From positions 3,698-67,697 of IMG/VR virus record IMGVR_UViG_3300032295_000225: a stretch of DNA of 64,000 nt; one strand, given 5' to 3'. The position numbers and the translations under genes are program-made. Position 1 is the first letter of the stretch. Each line of letters starts with the position of its first letter. Under the pieces are notes generated by a model. The model ran no database searches and had not been told where the DNA came from. It was given only the letters and a program-made list of their open reading frames with translations. This document shows positions 44,064-57,000 of this stretch, piece by piece. The stretch comes from a virus. Its lineage: Duplodnaviria; Caudoviricetes.

Positions 44064-44510
44064 ATGACAGCCAGCCAACGATTATATGATAAAATTGTCT
44101 TAAAAAGTGCTAACACTGCTGAGTCAATACCAGGTACTAGGACCTACAAAGGTTTTAGCACAGTTGCTTCTACGTCTAATAGTTTTGCCCTTTACGACTT
44201 AGAACTGATCAAACAAGATTTGTTAAATCACTTTCATATACGACTAGGCGAACGCTTAGAACAACCAGAGTTTGGCACGATCATATGGGACATATTATTT
44301 GATCCGTTAACAGATGAACTTCGAACAGTTATTACAAAAAATGTAGAAACAATTGTAAATTACGATCCTAGAATACGTGCCGATCAAGTTATCGTAACTA
44401 GCTATGAAAGCGGCATACAGATAGAATGTACATTGGTCTACTATCCCTACAATATCCAAGAATCGATACAGTTGAGATTTGATCAGAACAACGGTTTACT
44501 ACTAGTTTAA
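44064..44510 (+). CDS. gp25: Baseplate wedge subunit (gp25/GPW-like), 148 aa
   Basis: DLELIKQDLLNHFHIRLGERLEQPEFGTIIWDILFDP..YDPRI motif. Confidence 0.9.
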   Translation: MTASQRLYDKIVLKSANTAESIPGTRTYKGFSTVASTSNSFALYDLELIKQDLLNHFHIRLGERLEQPEFGTIIWDILFDPLTDELRTVITKNVETIVNYDPRIRADQVIVTSYESGIQIECTLVYYPYNIQESIQLRFDQNNGLLLV

Positions 44511-44543
44511 TAAACTACCCACATAATTTTAATCGATAAATAC
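44511..44543 (+). promoter_or_regulatory. Late promoter GATAAATA (44535-44542) with upstream element TAAACTACCC
   Basis: Intergenic before gp6; upstream sequence aligns with 38551-38583 at identical spacing. Confidence 0.65.
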
Positions 44544-44563
44544 CTTATAAATGGGAATAAGGT

Positions 44564-47500
44564 ATGTCAGCAACCGACAGACAAAATAGATTATTAGTAG
44601 CAGAAGATTGGAAACGTGTCTATCAAAGTTTCCGAAATGCAGACTTCCAAAGCTACGACTTTGAAAATTTACGCAGGGTAATGATCAATTACATCAGGGA
44701 AAACTACCCTGAAGATTTTAATGACTACATTGAATCTAGCGAATATCTTGCTCTTATTGATCTTATTGCCTTCCTTGGCCAAAGCATTAGTTTCCGCATT
44801 GATTTAAATGCAAGAGATAACTTTTTAGAACTAGCAGAGCGTAGAGAAAGCATATTACGACTGGCAAGACTGTTAAGCTACAACGCAAAACGTAATGTTG
44901 CAGCAAGTGGTTTATTAAAATTTACCACAGTTAGCACCACACAAACAGTTTACGATTCTAACGGACGAAACTTATCAGGACAGGTTGTTACATGGAACGA
45001 TCCGGCAAACACCAACTGGTACGATCAATTTGTAAAAATCCTCAATGCTGCCTTGCCCGCAACACGTCAGTTTGGCAATCCTGACGACAAAAATGAAATT
45101 TTTGGTATTCCTACAGAACAATATAGATTCCAAAGCAGTAACACTGATGTTCCAATTTACAGTTTTTCTAAAACGGTAGACGGAAAAAATTTACCTTTTG
45201 AAATTGTTTCTACAGTGTTTAAAGGCGCCGATGAGATATATGAAGAAGCACCATCAATTGGTAATAGACTAGCATTTTTATATAGAAATGACGGCCGAGG
45301 CAACGGCAGCACTAACACTGGGTTCTTTATACATTTTAGACAAGGTATATTAAATCAAGGAACGTTTTCTATTACACAACCGTCAACTAACGAGACAGTT
45401 GATATTGATGCAACTAACATTAATAACTCAGATGTATGGCTATATAGGCTTGATCAGAACGGATTAGAGTCAGAATATTGGGCTCCTATTTCTTCCTTAG
45501 AGGGAAATAATACAATTTACAATAGCCTTAACAAGTCGATAAGAAATATCTATAGTGTTATTACTCGCGCTGGCGATAGAGTAACTTTATCTTTCAGCGA
45601 CGGAACTTTTGGCAACTTACCGTTAGGAACATTTAGATCATATTATCGTGTGAGTAACGGAACAAGTTATATTGTTAATCCTAAAGACATTAAAAATGTT
45701 TCTATAGAAATTCCGTATGTCTCTAATTTAAATCAGTTAGAAACATTATCTGTTACTCTTAGTTTACAATCATCAGTTAGTAATTCTGTCGAAGCTGAGT
45801 CAAACGCAAACATTAAATCTAGAGCACCAGCAACATATTATACACAAAATAGAATGATCACAGGAGAGGACTATAATATTAGTCCACTTAGTGTCAGTCA
45901 AGAAGTTGTAAAAGTTAAAGCAGTTAATCGATCAGCTAGCGGTATTAGTCGATATTTTGATCTTGTAGATCCAACCGGCAAGTATAGTAAGACTAATCTT
46001 TTTGCAGATGACGGCGTATTATATAGAGAAGAATTTAGTGATAGTTTTAGATTTAGCTACGCAACAAGAACAGATATTGAAGCAATGATTTATAATCAGT
46101 TGACTGAATATTTGAAAAGTACATCATTAAGAGATTACTATTACACTAAATTTATTGCTATTGCTACAGATTCTCTCAATGTATCTTTTTACAATAAAAC
46201 AACTGATATTAATCAGTGTACTGGTTACATTGGAGGCACGGCCCCCGACCCAACTACTCCTTATAAGGTAGGAACGTTTTCAACTACTCTTTTAAGATTT
46301 GTTACTATAGGTGCCCTAGTTAAATTTGTTGCACCTACTGGAAAATATTTTGATAAAAGTAATAATAACAAAATTGAAACAGGAAATGCCACTGTAAAAA
46401 ATGCTAGTCGATATATTTGGACCAAGGTAATTTCAGTAGCCGGCGACGGCACTAACAATGGTACTGGGGTATTAATTGACGGTTCTGGTACTATCATTTT
46501 TAATGACATAGTTCCTAGTGGAGCATTACTTGCTGAAATAATTCCAGCATGGAGAACAACATTTGATACTAACACAGTATCAACAATGATTGATTTAATA
46601 TTTGCTAATAAACCATTTGGTCTTCGTTACGATGTTGAAGATCGTAATTGGAAAATTATTTTTGAAGTTAACCTTAATACTTCAGCTGATTTTAGTTTAG
46701 GCAAGCAAGGCGACAATTCTAACCAACAATTAGATTCTAGTTGGCTAGTATTGTTCACAACAGATACTGAATATTATACTACACAGTTTAGATTATTACG
46801 TTATATATTTGAAAGCGATACACAAGTACGATTCTTTTTTGATGCTAGCGATAAAATTTATGATACAAGAACCAATACTGTAGAAAAAGACAAGATAAAA
46901 GTTTTAAGCATTAACACAGTACCTAATGCAACTACACCATTTACCTATGACAGAGATTGGGAAATTACTGAAGAATACATTGGGTTAGACGGATATGTAG
47001 ATACTAAAAAAATTCAAATATCATTTAGTGATACAGATGACGACAGTGTTGTAGACAATCCTGATATTTTCTTAGAGATAGTTGATCCGTTAACTAACCC
47101 TACTTCAAAGTATGTTGTTCAGGAATTGTACATCATTGAGCAACAGCAAGAAGATTATCGCTGGATAGACAACTCAACAGGTACTGTTATAATATTATCT
47201 ACGCAGCCAGTTACTGGTGTTAACGGGCAGTATTATTATTTTATTGACACAGATGTGGTTAAAGTTTATAGTTCAACAACTGGAACATTTACACCATCGT
47301 TAAACTATAAAGTATATGTTGGCAGATCAAATTTAAAGTTTCAGTATATTCATAATGCTGATTATGAGTCTAGAATCGATCCAGGATTAACTAACTTAAT
47401 TGATATCTTTGTATTAACTAAACAATATGATAGACAATACAGAGAATGGTTAAACGGATCTAGACCAGTACAACCGCTACCGCCTAGTAGTGATGCATTA

Positions 47501-48004
47501 TACAATTTATTGTCACCTGATCTTAACAAGATCAAATCAATAAGTGATGAAATTGTTTACCATCCAGCAAAATATAAAGTATTATTTGGCCCAACATCTA
47601 CTATTGATGTACAAGCTACTTTCAAAGTAGTAAAAAATTCAGAAATTGTTATTAGTGATAATGATGTTAAGTCAAGAGTATTATCTGCAATTAATGAATT
47701 CTTTAGTGTTGAAAGTTGGGAGTTTGGGGATAATTTTTACTTTAGTGAATTGTTAACTTATGTAATGAACAGAACTGCTCCGAACATAGTTAACTTCTTA
47801 GTAGTGCCTAAAAAGAGCGATTTAACATTTGGTAGTTTATACGAGATTAGATCTGAAAAAGATCAAATTTTTATAAATGGCGCAACAATAGATGACATTG
47901 AAATTATTAGTGCAGTAACGGCAAGTAAATTAAAATCATCTGGTAATATTACTATTGCAGAAACAACAACAAGTCAACAAAGTATAACAAGTGGAAGTAA
48001 CTGA
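44564..48004 (+). CDS. gp6: Baseplate wedge subunit (gp6/baseplate J-like), 1146 aa
   Basis: SYDFENLR..YIRENYPEDFNDYIESSE, ENF(DNF)LELAERRES.LRLA..LSY and ES..NIKSRAP..Y.TQNRMIT.EDY are gp6-family motifs; follows gp25. Confidence 0.88.
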   Translation: MSATDRQNRLLVAEDWKRVYQSFRNADFQSYDFENLRRVMINYIRENYPEDFNDYIESSEYLALIDLIAFLGQSISFRIDLNARDNFLELAERRESILRLARLLSYNAKRNVAASGLLKFTTVSTTQTVYDSNGRNLSGQVVTWNDPANTNWYDQFVKILNAALPATRQFGNPDDKNEIFGIPTEQYRFQSSNTDVPIYSFSKTVDGKNLPFEIVSTVFKGADEIYEEAPSIGNRLAFLYRNDGRGNGSTNTGFFIHFRQGILNQGTFSITQPSTNETVDIDATNINNSDVWLYRLDQNGLESEYWAPISSLEGNNTIYNSLNKSIRNIYSVITRAGDRVTLSFSDGTFGNLPLGTFRSYYRVSNGTSYIVNPKDIKNVSIEIPYVSNLNQLETLSVTLSLQSSVSNSVEAESNANIKSRAPATYYTQNRMITGEDYNISPLSVSQEVVKVKAVNRSASGISRYFDLVDPTGKYSKTNLFADDGVLYREEFSDSFRFSYATRTDIEAMIYNQLTEYLKSTSLRDYYYTKFIAIATDSLNVSFYNKTTDINQCTGYIGGTAPDPTTPYKVGTFSTTLLRFVTIGALVKFVAPTGKYFDKSNNNKIETGNATVKNASRYIWTKVISVAGDGTNNGTGVLIDGSGTIIFNDIVPSGALLAEIIPAWRTTFDTNTVSTMIDLIFANKPFGLRYDVEDRNWKIIFEVNLNTSADFSLGKQGDNSNQQLDSSWLVLFTTDTEYYTTQFRLLRYIFESDTQVRFFFDASDKIYDTRTNTVEKDKIKVLSINTVPNATTPFTYDRDWEITEEYIGLDGYVDTKKIQISFSDTDDDSVVDNPDIFLEIVDPLTNPTSKYVVQELYIIEQQQEDYRWIDNSTGTVIILSTQPVTGVNGQYYYFIDTDVVKVYSSTTGTFTPSLNYKVYVGRSNLKFQYIHNADYESRIDPGLTNLIDIFVLTKQYDRQYREWLNGSRPVQPLPPSSDALYNLLSPDLNKIKSISDEIVYHPAKYKVLFGPTSTIDVQATFKVVKNSEIVISDNDVKSRVLSAINEFFSVESWEFGDNFYFSELLTYVMNRTAPNIVNFLVVPKKSDLTFGSLYEIRSEKDQIFINGATIDDIEIISAVTASKLKSSGNITIAETTTSQQSITSGSN

Positions 48005-51000
48005 TGGCAACTAACAATCAATCTGAATCAGCATTACCTGTTCCTGGTAACAACAATCCTAGGAAAACTTCGGATCTGTTACCTAGATTCTATAAAACAG
48101 ACAGTAATAAAAAATTCTTTTCTGCTACATTGGATCAGTTAGTTCAACCTGGTACAGTAAAAAAAGTAAGTGGATATATTGGCAGACAAAATGCTAAATC
48201 AGTAACGGCATCTGATGTTTTTATTCAGGCGTCGGACACTACACGACAAAATTATCAACTAGAACCTGCAGCAGTAATTCAAGATTATTTAGGTAATGTT
48301 AATTTTTTTAAAGATTACATTGATCACATTAACCACGTAAAAGTATTTGGCGGAAATGTTGACAATCACGAACGATTAAACAAACAAGAATTTTATGCGT
48401 GGAACCCAAATATTGACTGGGATAAGTTTGTTAACTTTCAGCAGTACTATTGGTTACCATACGGCCCTACACCTATTGAAGTTGCAGGACAACAACTAGC
48501 AATTGAAAGTACATTTACTGTTGTTGCAGAAGATAACGGTGACAACTATGCTTATCTTTTTACACCCGACGGTCTAACTAGAAATCCTACAATTACATTG
48601 TTTAGAGGCCAAACCTACAAATTTGAAATAGATGCATTACACAATCCGTTTTCTATCAAAACACAACGTATTGCTGATACTATTGATCGATTTACTGAAG
48701 GGGTAACTGGCAACGGCACTGAACAAGGAACACTTACTTTTGTAGTAGGTATAGATGCTCCTGATGTGCTGTATTATGTAAATGAAGCTGACGCTAATAC
48801 AGGCGGAACATTTCAAATTAAAGATATTGATGAAAATACGTTTCTTAATGTGGACGCTGATATATTAGGTAAAAAATCCTATACATTGTCTACAGGAACA
48901 CCTTTGTCTAATGGAATGAAACTATTTTTCTCAGGCAATATATCTCCTGAAATTTACAGTAGTGGCTATTGGTATGTTGAAGGTGTGGGTACTGCAATTA
49001 AACTAGTATCAGAAGTTGATTTAGAAATTAGTGGAACATACACTGAAGAAACTGCATTGCTATTTGATGATAACCCGTTTGACGTGGATCCATTTAGTAC
49101 TATTACAAATACCCCTAAAGAAAAAGATTATATTGTAATCAACAGATCTAGCCCGGATCGAAATCCGTGGTCAAGATACAATAGATGGTTTCATAAAGAT
49201 GTTATTACTGCGTCAGCAGAATCTGCTGGTCAGTTTCCAGAGTTTGATCAAACTGCAAGAGCTAACCGACCTATTATTGAATTTAGTGCCGGATTAAAAC
49301 TTTATAATTTTGGTCATCGAGCAAAGAAAAATGTTGACCTAATAGATAATTTTACCACTGATGTATTTTCTACAATAGAAGGCAGTCTTGGTTATAATAT
49401 TGATGGAGTTGATGTTGCTGATAATATGCGCATCCTTTTTACAGCAGATCCTGATAGATTAGTTAATGGCAGAATTTTTAAAGTTAATTTTATAGAAGTA
49501 ACTGTTCCTAATAGACAATTTAATTTTAATGCAGCTACAGGTATAAATCTAACTACAAAAATTATTACAACAAGTACTGCACACGGGCTAACAACTGGTA
49601 ATCAAGTCATTTATTTGAACAATGGTGAACTAAACATAAACGGCCTAACTCATAGAAAAGTTTATTATGTTCGTGTTGTTAATAACACTGAGATACAATT
49701 ATACACTAATAAATTATTATCTGTTGAAGCTAATATTTTTGAAGCAGGTACTGGTATACATAGTTTTGAAGTGTTTACTGGAATTCGACGTCAAATTAAT
49801 CTAGTTGAAGAATCTGACTCAGTTCCGTTAGAGAATGAAACAGTTCTAGTAAATTATGGCCAAGTTGAAGAACTTATCCCTAACTCTCTATATGGTAATA
49901 GAGGAATGATGTATTGGTATACTGGTACTAAATGGAAACTTGGTCCTATTAAATCTACATCAAATCATCAACCATTATTTGATGTTTTTGACGCCAACGG
50001 TTATAGTTACAGTGATATTACTGTGTACGACGGATCTAACTTTAGAGGAACTAAAGTTTTTTCTTACAAAGTAGGAAGCGGTACTGACGATACAGTATTA
50101 GGATTCCCACTGTCTTACCAAAACATTAATAATGTTGGTGATATACAATTTGAATTTGATTTACTTAAAGATAGTTTTACCTACAAAAACGTTGCTGACG
50201 TATTATCTAAAACAACTAGTGTTGGATATTTAAAATTAATTAATGATCTTACAAATTACAGTTACGAAAATGGTTGGAAAACTTCACAGATAGATAATAT
50301 ACAACCTGTAGTTAGAATATTCAAAGAAGAATATAAAACACTATTTGATGGATCTAAAAATCTTATTGTAAATAATTTTCCAGTAGATGTTTTTGATTTT
50401 AAAGATCAATTAACAGATTTAGAAGTAAAAGTATATGTTAATGGTCGTAGACAAAACAAAAACACATTTACAGTTACTAACGGCCCAACTTATAAGACTG
50501 TAGTGTTGACTGCTGACGTAACTACTGCTGACGTAGTTACTTTAAAATGTTATGCTAAACAGTTAAAGAATGATAACGGATATTACGAAACTCCTATTAG
50601 TTTACAAAACAATCCTTTAAACAATGACGTTACGCAATTTACCTTAGGCCAAGTTATCGATCACGTAGATACAATTGTAGACAACATAACAACTTTTTCT
50701 GGGACGTATCCAGGTGATGGAAATTTAAGAGACATTGGAAATTTAACTCCATACGGTGCTCGATTTGTTCAACATAGTGCTCCTTTAAATCTCAGCCTCT
50801 ATCACTTAGGTTCTCAAACATCTAATATTTTTAAGAGTTTAGAACAGGCCAGAGACGACTACGGCAAATTTAAAAGAGCATTTATTACCTATGCATCAAA
50901 TGCAGGCATTGACACTGACCCAAGACCATTTGTTGATATTATTTTAACTGAGCTTGCTAAAGATAAACCTAAAACAAGTCCTTACTACCTATCAGATATG

Positions 51001-54000
51001 TTTGGATATTCCGGATCAAAACGATTAGAATATACAGTACTTGACAGTAGAATTAAAACGTACCCGTTGACCGCTGCATTTAATCTAGCCTCTCTTTCTA
51101 ATAAAGCAGTAGGGGTTTATTTAAACGGCGATCAGTTACTACACGGTCGTGATTATACATTTGGAACAGATGTATTTTTTACTATGTTAGTCGACCTTGT
51201 TGAAGATGATTTAATTGAGGTTTATGAATACGAAAGTACCGACGGCAGCTTTTGTCCGCCAACTCCTACTAAGTTAGGACTATATCCACTATTTGAACCT
51301 AAAATATACACCGATGATACTTACCTTGAATCAACTACAGTTATTCAAGGTCATGACGGTAGTATAACAATAGCCTATAATGACTACAGAGATGATCTAA
51401 TATTAGAATTAGAAATGAGAATTTTTAATAATATTAAAATTTCTTACAACTCTAATATTTTTGATATCCATGATTTTATTCCTGGATATAATAGAACAAC
51501 TGAATACTCTAAAGTAGAAACTGACAACGTGTTAGGACAATTCTTTTTTCAGTGGACAGCAAATGTTAATCAAGACTTTACTCAACCAAATATTGATTTA
51601 TGGTCTAGATTAAATCCGTTTACATTTAATTATAGAGATAATTTTGCTCCTAATGGTACTGACATTCCGGGATTCTGGAGAGGTATATATCGTTGGATGC
51701 TAGATACAGATAGACCTCATACACACCCTTGGGAATGTTTAGGGTTTAGTATAGAACCAACTTGGTGGCAAGATGTGTACGGAACAGTACCATATACCAG
51801 TGACAACTATGTCTTGTGGGAAGATATTCGACAGGGCATCATTAGACAACCTGGCGTTCCTATTCGAATTTTAGAAAAGTTTGCTAAACCTATTCTCTCT
51901 TCAGGTAAACCTGTTGACGAAGACGGTAATTTAATTAGTCCATTATATGCAAGTTATGCAAACGGTCCGATAAAAGAAACTGCAGAAGGTAGTTGGATTT
52001 TTGGCGATCAAGCTCCTGTAGAGACCGCATGGAGACGTAGCAGCTATTACCCGTTTGCATTAATGCAAGCAGCATTATTATTACAACCTAACAAAGTTTT
52101 AGGCTCAGCATTTGACAGAAGTAGAATTGTTAGAAATCTCAGCAATCAGTTGATTTATAAAGATACCGGTCGAAGAATTAGACTTGAAGACCTTGCGGTT
52201 ACCTCAACCTCGTTAAGCTCTACGAGAGTATATACTGCTGGATTAGTGAATTATCTTGTAGATTATTTGACCAGTGATACTACTACGGTATTAGATCAGT
52301 ATGCTGACGATTTACAATCTCTTACTACAAAAATTGCTGCAAAACTTGGTGGATTTACATCAAAAGCTAAATTCAAATTAATTCTTGACAGTAAAAATCC
52401 CAGTAGTTCTGGGGGAGTTTTTATTCCAGAAGAAAATTATAATATTTTCTTAAACACTAGTTCTCCTACGAATCGACTAGCATATAGTGGTGTCGTCATT
52501 ACAAAATATGCTGACGGTTATGAAATTAGAGGTTACATTAAAGATCAACCGTACTTTGTTTATTATCCTTATCAGCAAAATGAACGAGTTATAAATGTTG
52601 GCGGAATTTCTGAAAGTTTTATTAACTGGGAGTCCGACAAATATTATACTGCCGGGAAACTTGTTAGATATAATAATCAATATTATAGAGTAAAAATTAC
52701 ACATCAGTCAACTACTGAATTTAATCCTGATAATTTTACTCGATTGGCAGAATTGCCAGTAACAGGCGGTCGCGAAGCAATTATTAGAAAGTCTTGGGAT
52801 AAAAACACTAAGATTACAATTAGCTACGGAACAAAATTCAAACAAATACAAGACGTTGTAGATTTTCTGCAAGGTTACGGCGCCTACCTGCAAGAACAAG
52901 GATTTGTGTTTGATGAGTATAATCAAAGTTTAAAAGCAGTTGACAGCTGGGAAACTTCAGTAAAAGAATTCTTGTTTTGGTCCACGCAAAACTGGGCAGT
53001 TGGATCGGCATTAGCAGTAAGTCCGTCTGCTAGATATATGCTGGTCAAGTCTAATACTGCAGTTGTTGATAATATTCAAAATAGTTTCTATGGCTATAAA
53101 GTTTATCGTGTTGACGGTGAAAAAATAGATCCAGAATTTACAAACACCTACAGAGAAGAAAACGAATTCTCACTCTCCCCTCAAAACACAAATCATGGAT
53201 TGTATGGAGCAGTGTTACATACGGTTCAAAAAGAACACGTATTAATACTTGACAATGTAACGCAGTTCAATGATATAATTTATGATCAAGCCCCTGGATA
53301 TAGACAAGAGCGAATTAAAGTTCTAGGATATGTATCGGCTAATTGGAATGGCGGTTTTAATGTTCCTGGATTTATTTTTGATACTGCTAGAGTAACTGAT
53401 TGGACTCAATGGTCAGATTACAACCTAGGTGATATTGTAAAATATAAAGAATTTTATTATTCTGCAAAGTCATTTTTACCTGGAGTATCTGAGTTTGATA
53501 ATTCTAGTTGGATTTTATTAGAAGAAAAACCAACAGCACAATTGTTACCTAACTGGGATTATCGTGCCGAGCAATTTACAGATTTTTATGATCTTGACAG
53601 CGACAATTTTGATTCTGAACAACAAAAGATGGCACAGCATCTAATTGGTTATCAGAAACGTCAGTACCTTGAGAATATTATTCAAGACGATCTCAGTCAG
53701 TATAAATTCTATCAAGGAATGATTTCTGAAAAAGGTACACAAAATGTTTTTAATAAATTATTTGATGTATTAAGTGCAGACGGTCAAGAAAGTTTAACAT
53801 TTAACGAAGAGTGGGCAGTTCGGGTTGGTGCATATGGTGCAACTGATTCCTACAAAGAAATAGAGTTTAAATTAGACGAAAGTTTGTTTAAATTAAATCC
53901 TCAACCAATAGAATTAACTTCAACTATTGACCCTTCAGTTGTTGATTTTGTTTATAGACAAGTTCCTACAGATATAGTTGTTAAACCAGTGGGATATAAT

Positions 54001-57000
54001 AATGAACCTTGGCCAGTGGATGGCATAGAACAATATTTAAGAACTCCTGGTTATGTCAGATATGAAGATGTTAAATTAAATGTTGATTCTCTTGAAGATG
54101 TAGTAGCATACGATATTTCTACGTTTGTAGAAGGTGATTATGTTTGGTGCGCATTTGAAAATAAATTAAATTCTTTTAATGATTATTGGAATGTTTATAG
54201 ATTTACTAAAAATACTTTTGGAATTGCCGATGTTGAATACGCTTCGGGTACACTAACACTTCAATGCAATAGAACTCCGAATGTAGCAGCTGGGGATATT
54301 ATTGGAATTGAAAATGCTACAGCTATTCAAGGTTTTTATACAGTAGCATCTATAGTAAACAAAAATATCATTATTAAAACAACAATCAAAGATTGGACAT
54401 CTCCTTTTACTGACAGTTCTGAAATTTTAACATACAAGTTTATTAGTTCTAGAATTGATAATGCTAACAATATTAACAATATATTACCTCCGAAGATAAC
54501 GCCTGGCGAACTTATTTGGGCAGATAATAATGGTAACGGATTAAAAACTGTTTATGAAAATAATAAAGTCTACGGTCAAAAAAGTTTATCTAAAGCGTCG
54601 CCAGTTTTACCAAATGTAAATTTTGGTAAAAAAACAGCAATGGCAGAAAATGGAAAAACTGCCGCAGTGGCTGATAATAATAAAGTAACAATCTTTGTTA
54701 AAAATTCTTTGGGCAACTGGCTAGAACAAGATATAATGACTGCTGACTTTGAATCGTCAGTCACTACTGTTGCTAGATCTACTGCTAGCGGTACAAACAT
54801 TATAACAGCTGACGATACTTATAGTTTTGAATTAAACGATCCTGTAATGTTTTCGGGAATAACTGCTGGCGGTATTATTAGTGGTAGAACGTATTTTGTT
54901 AAGACTAAGCCTAGTAACACTTCATTTACAATATCTGAAACTCCGGGCGGCTCTACATTTGCACTAACTTCTAGTTCTATTGATATGAGTGTTCACCTTA
55001 AATTAGAATACGGTACAGAAATGTGTTTTAGTCCTGATGCTGAATGGTTAGCTATTTCTGCTCCTAGAGCAAGCAATGTTCGTTCAGCCTGGCGCGGCGA
55101 TTACGATGGCGGTCACGAATACAACGCCGGAGATGTTGTACAGCTTAGAACAAACTTTACAACTGAGCGTTCATTAAATTCTCATTGGACAGCTAGAGGA
55201 AACATTCCTGTTGCAGATTGGAGTACTATAAATTCTTTTAGTCAAGATTGGTCAGCAACTGATTTAATTACAGTTAATAAACAATTTGCAGACGCTGCTT
55301 ACCCCACAACTGGTTACGAAAATCTTGGATATGTTGATTTGTACAGAAGAAGTTCGTCAACTGGGTCGTACGATCTAGCGCACAGTTTTGTAAGCCCCAA
55401 TCCGACACAAGGCGAACGCTTTGGTTCTAAAATGGTAATGGCTCAGACTGGAAGTGAATATGTACTAGCAGTTACTAGTCCGGGAACAGATACGGAATCC
55501 GTTGATTCTACTGTAGTTCAAGGTCGTGTTTATATGTATAGATACGGTACAGGTGCCGGAGACGACAGTTCTGTAAGATGGCAAATGGATTATGACAGGA
55601 ACTATCAAGGAGCATTTGATTCTTCTAGAAGTTATCTGCAAGGTGATATTGTATTCTATGATTACAATTTATATGAGTGTGCCGGTAATACAGATTTTCA
55701 AAATCCTGCACCTGATCAATCAAGTCTTTGGTCCCCAGTAACAAAGTCAAATATTCTAGGATATTTCCCTCAAGAATCAAGTTTATTTGATGTTAACAAC
55801 AACGATCTAACGTTGGCAGCATTAGAAGGACAGACAATTGAATCTGTTCAACCAGGCGATAAATTTGGCGCAGCCATCGACCTGTCATCAGACGGACAAA
55901 CGTTAATAATTTCTGCACCTGGCGCCGACCAAGACACCTATGAAAACTATAAAGGCCCTTTCAGAACATCTTTAAAATATTTTGAAAATGACGTAGTTTA
56001 CTACAACGGATACTACTACAAGTTTAATCTACTAGCAAGTGCTAACCCCATTAGCTCGTTTAATACTACACATTGGGATAAAGTTTCTACAGACACTAGA
56101 AGTATTAATTCTGGTAAAGTCTTTATCTATTCTTACAATGGTGTGGGATTTGAGTTAACACAGACATTAACTAGTGACAATATAAACATTGAAAGAGAAG
56201 ATCAGTTTGGAGAATCTATTGCAGTATCTGCGACCGGCGGATACATTGCAGTAGGGACTTCATTATATGATTCTGATAAACGCGATGCAGGCCGAGTTAT
56301 TATTTTTAAGAAAGGTACAACCTACACTAAGAATCAACTACTATACAGTTATACTAAAGAAACGTTTGAACGTTTTGGTGCATTTGTAGATTTTATGAAT
56401 GACGATGAAACTCTAGTAGTTTTCTCAGGTAACGGAGATGTTGAACGTGTTACTACATTTGACTTAGGCAAATTAACTATTGATAATAATACGCTTAGAA
56501 TTGCTGACTTACAAGTTGATACTGGTCGAGTTGATATTTTTGACAAATATAACGAAAATTATATCTATGGTGAAAGCCTTGACACTTCTGTAACAAATGA
56601 TGACACTGATAGATATGGTGCATCTATTGCAGTAGGTAATAATAACATCTATGTTAGTGCTCAACGCGACGATGGATCAACGTCTACATTTGTACAAAGA
56701 GAAGGTAAAGTTTATGCATACTATAAACTTGCTAATGCTAAATCTTGGTCTGCACTACACCAGGAAGTTAAAAAACCAAATGTTCGTAAGATTAAAAAAT
56801 CGTATCTATACAACACAACTACTAGTAAATTAATTTCTTATCTTGATGTTGTTGATCCTATACAGGGAAAAATTCCTGGACCAGCAGATCAAGAAATTAG
56901 ATTTAAAACATATTTTGATCCTGCTGTTTACTCAGTAGGTACTAGCGCAGTTAATGTTGACGCTGGTATGAATTGGACAAAATCTCAAGTTGGTATGTTA

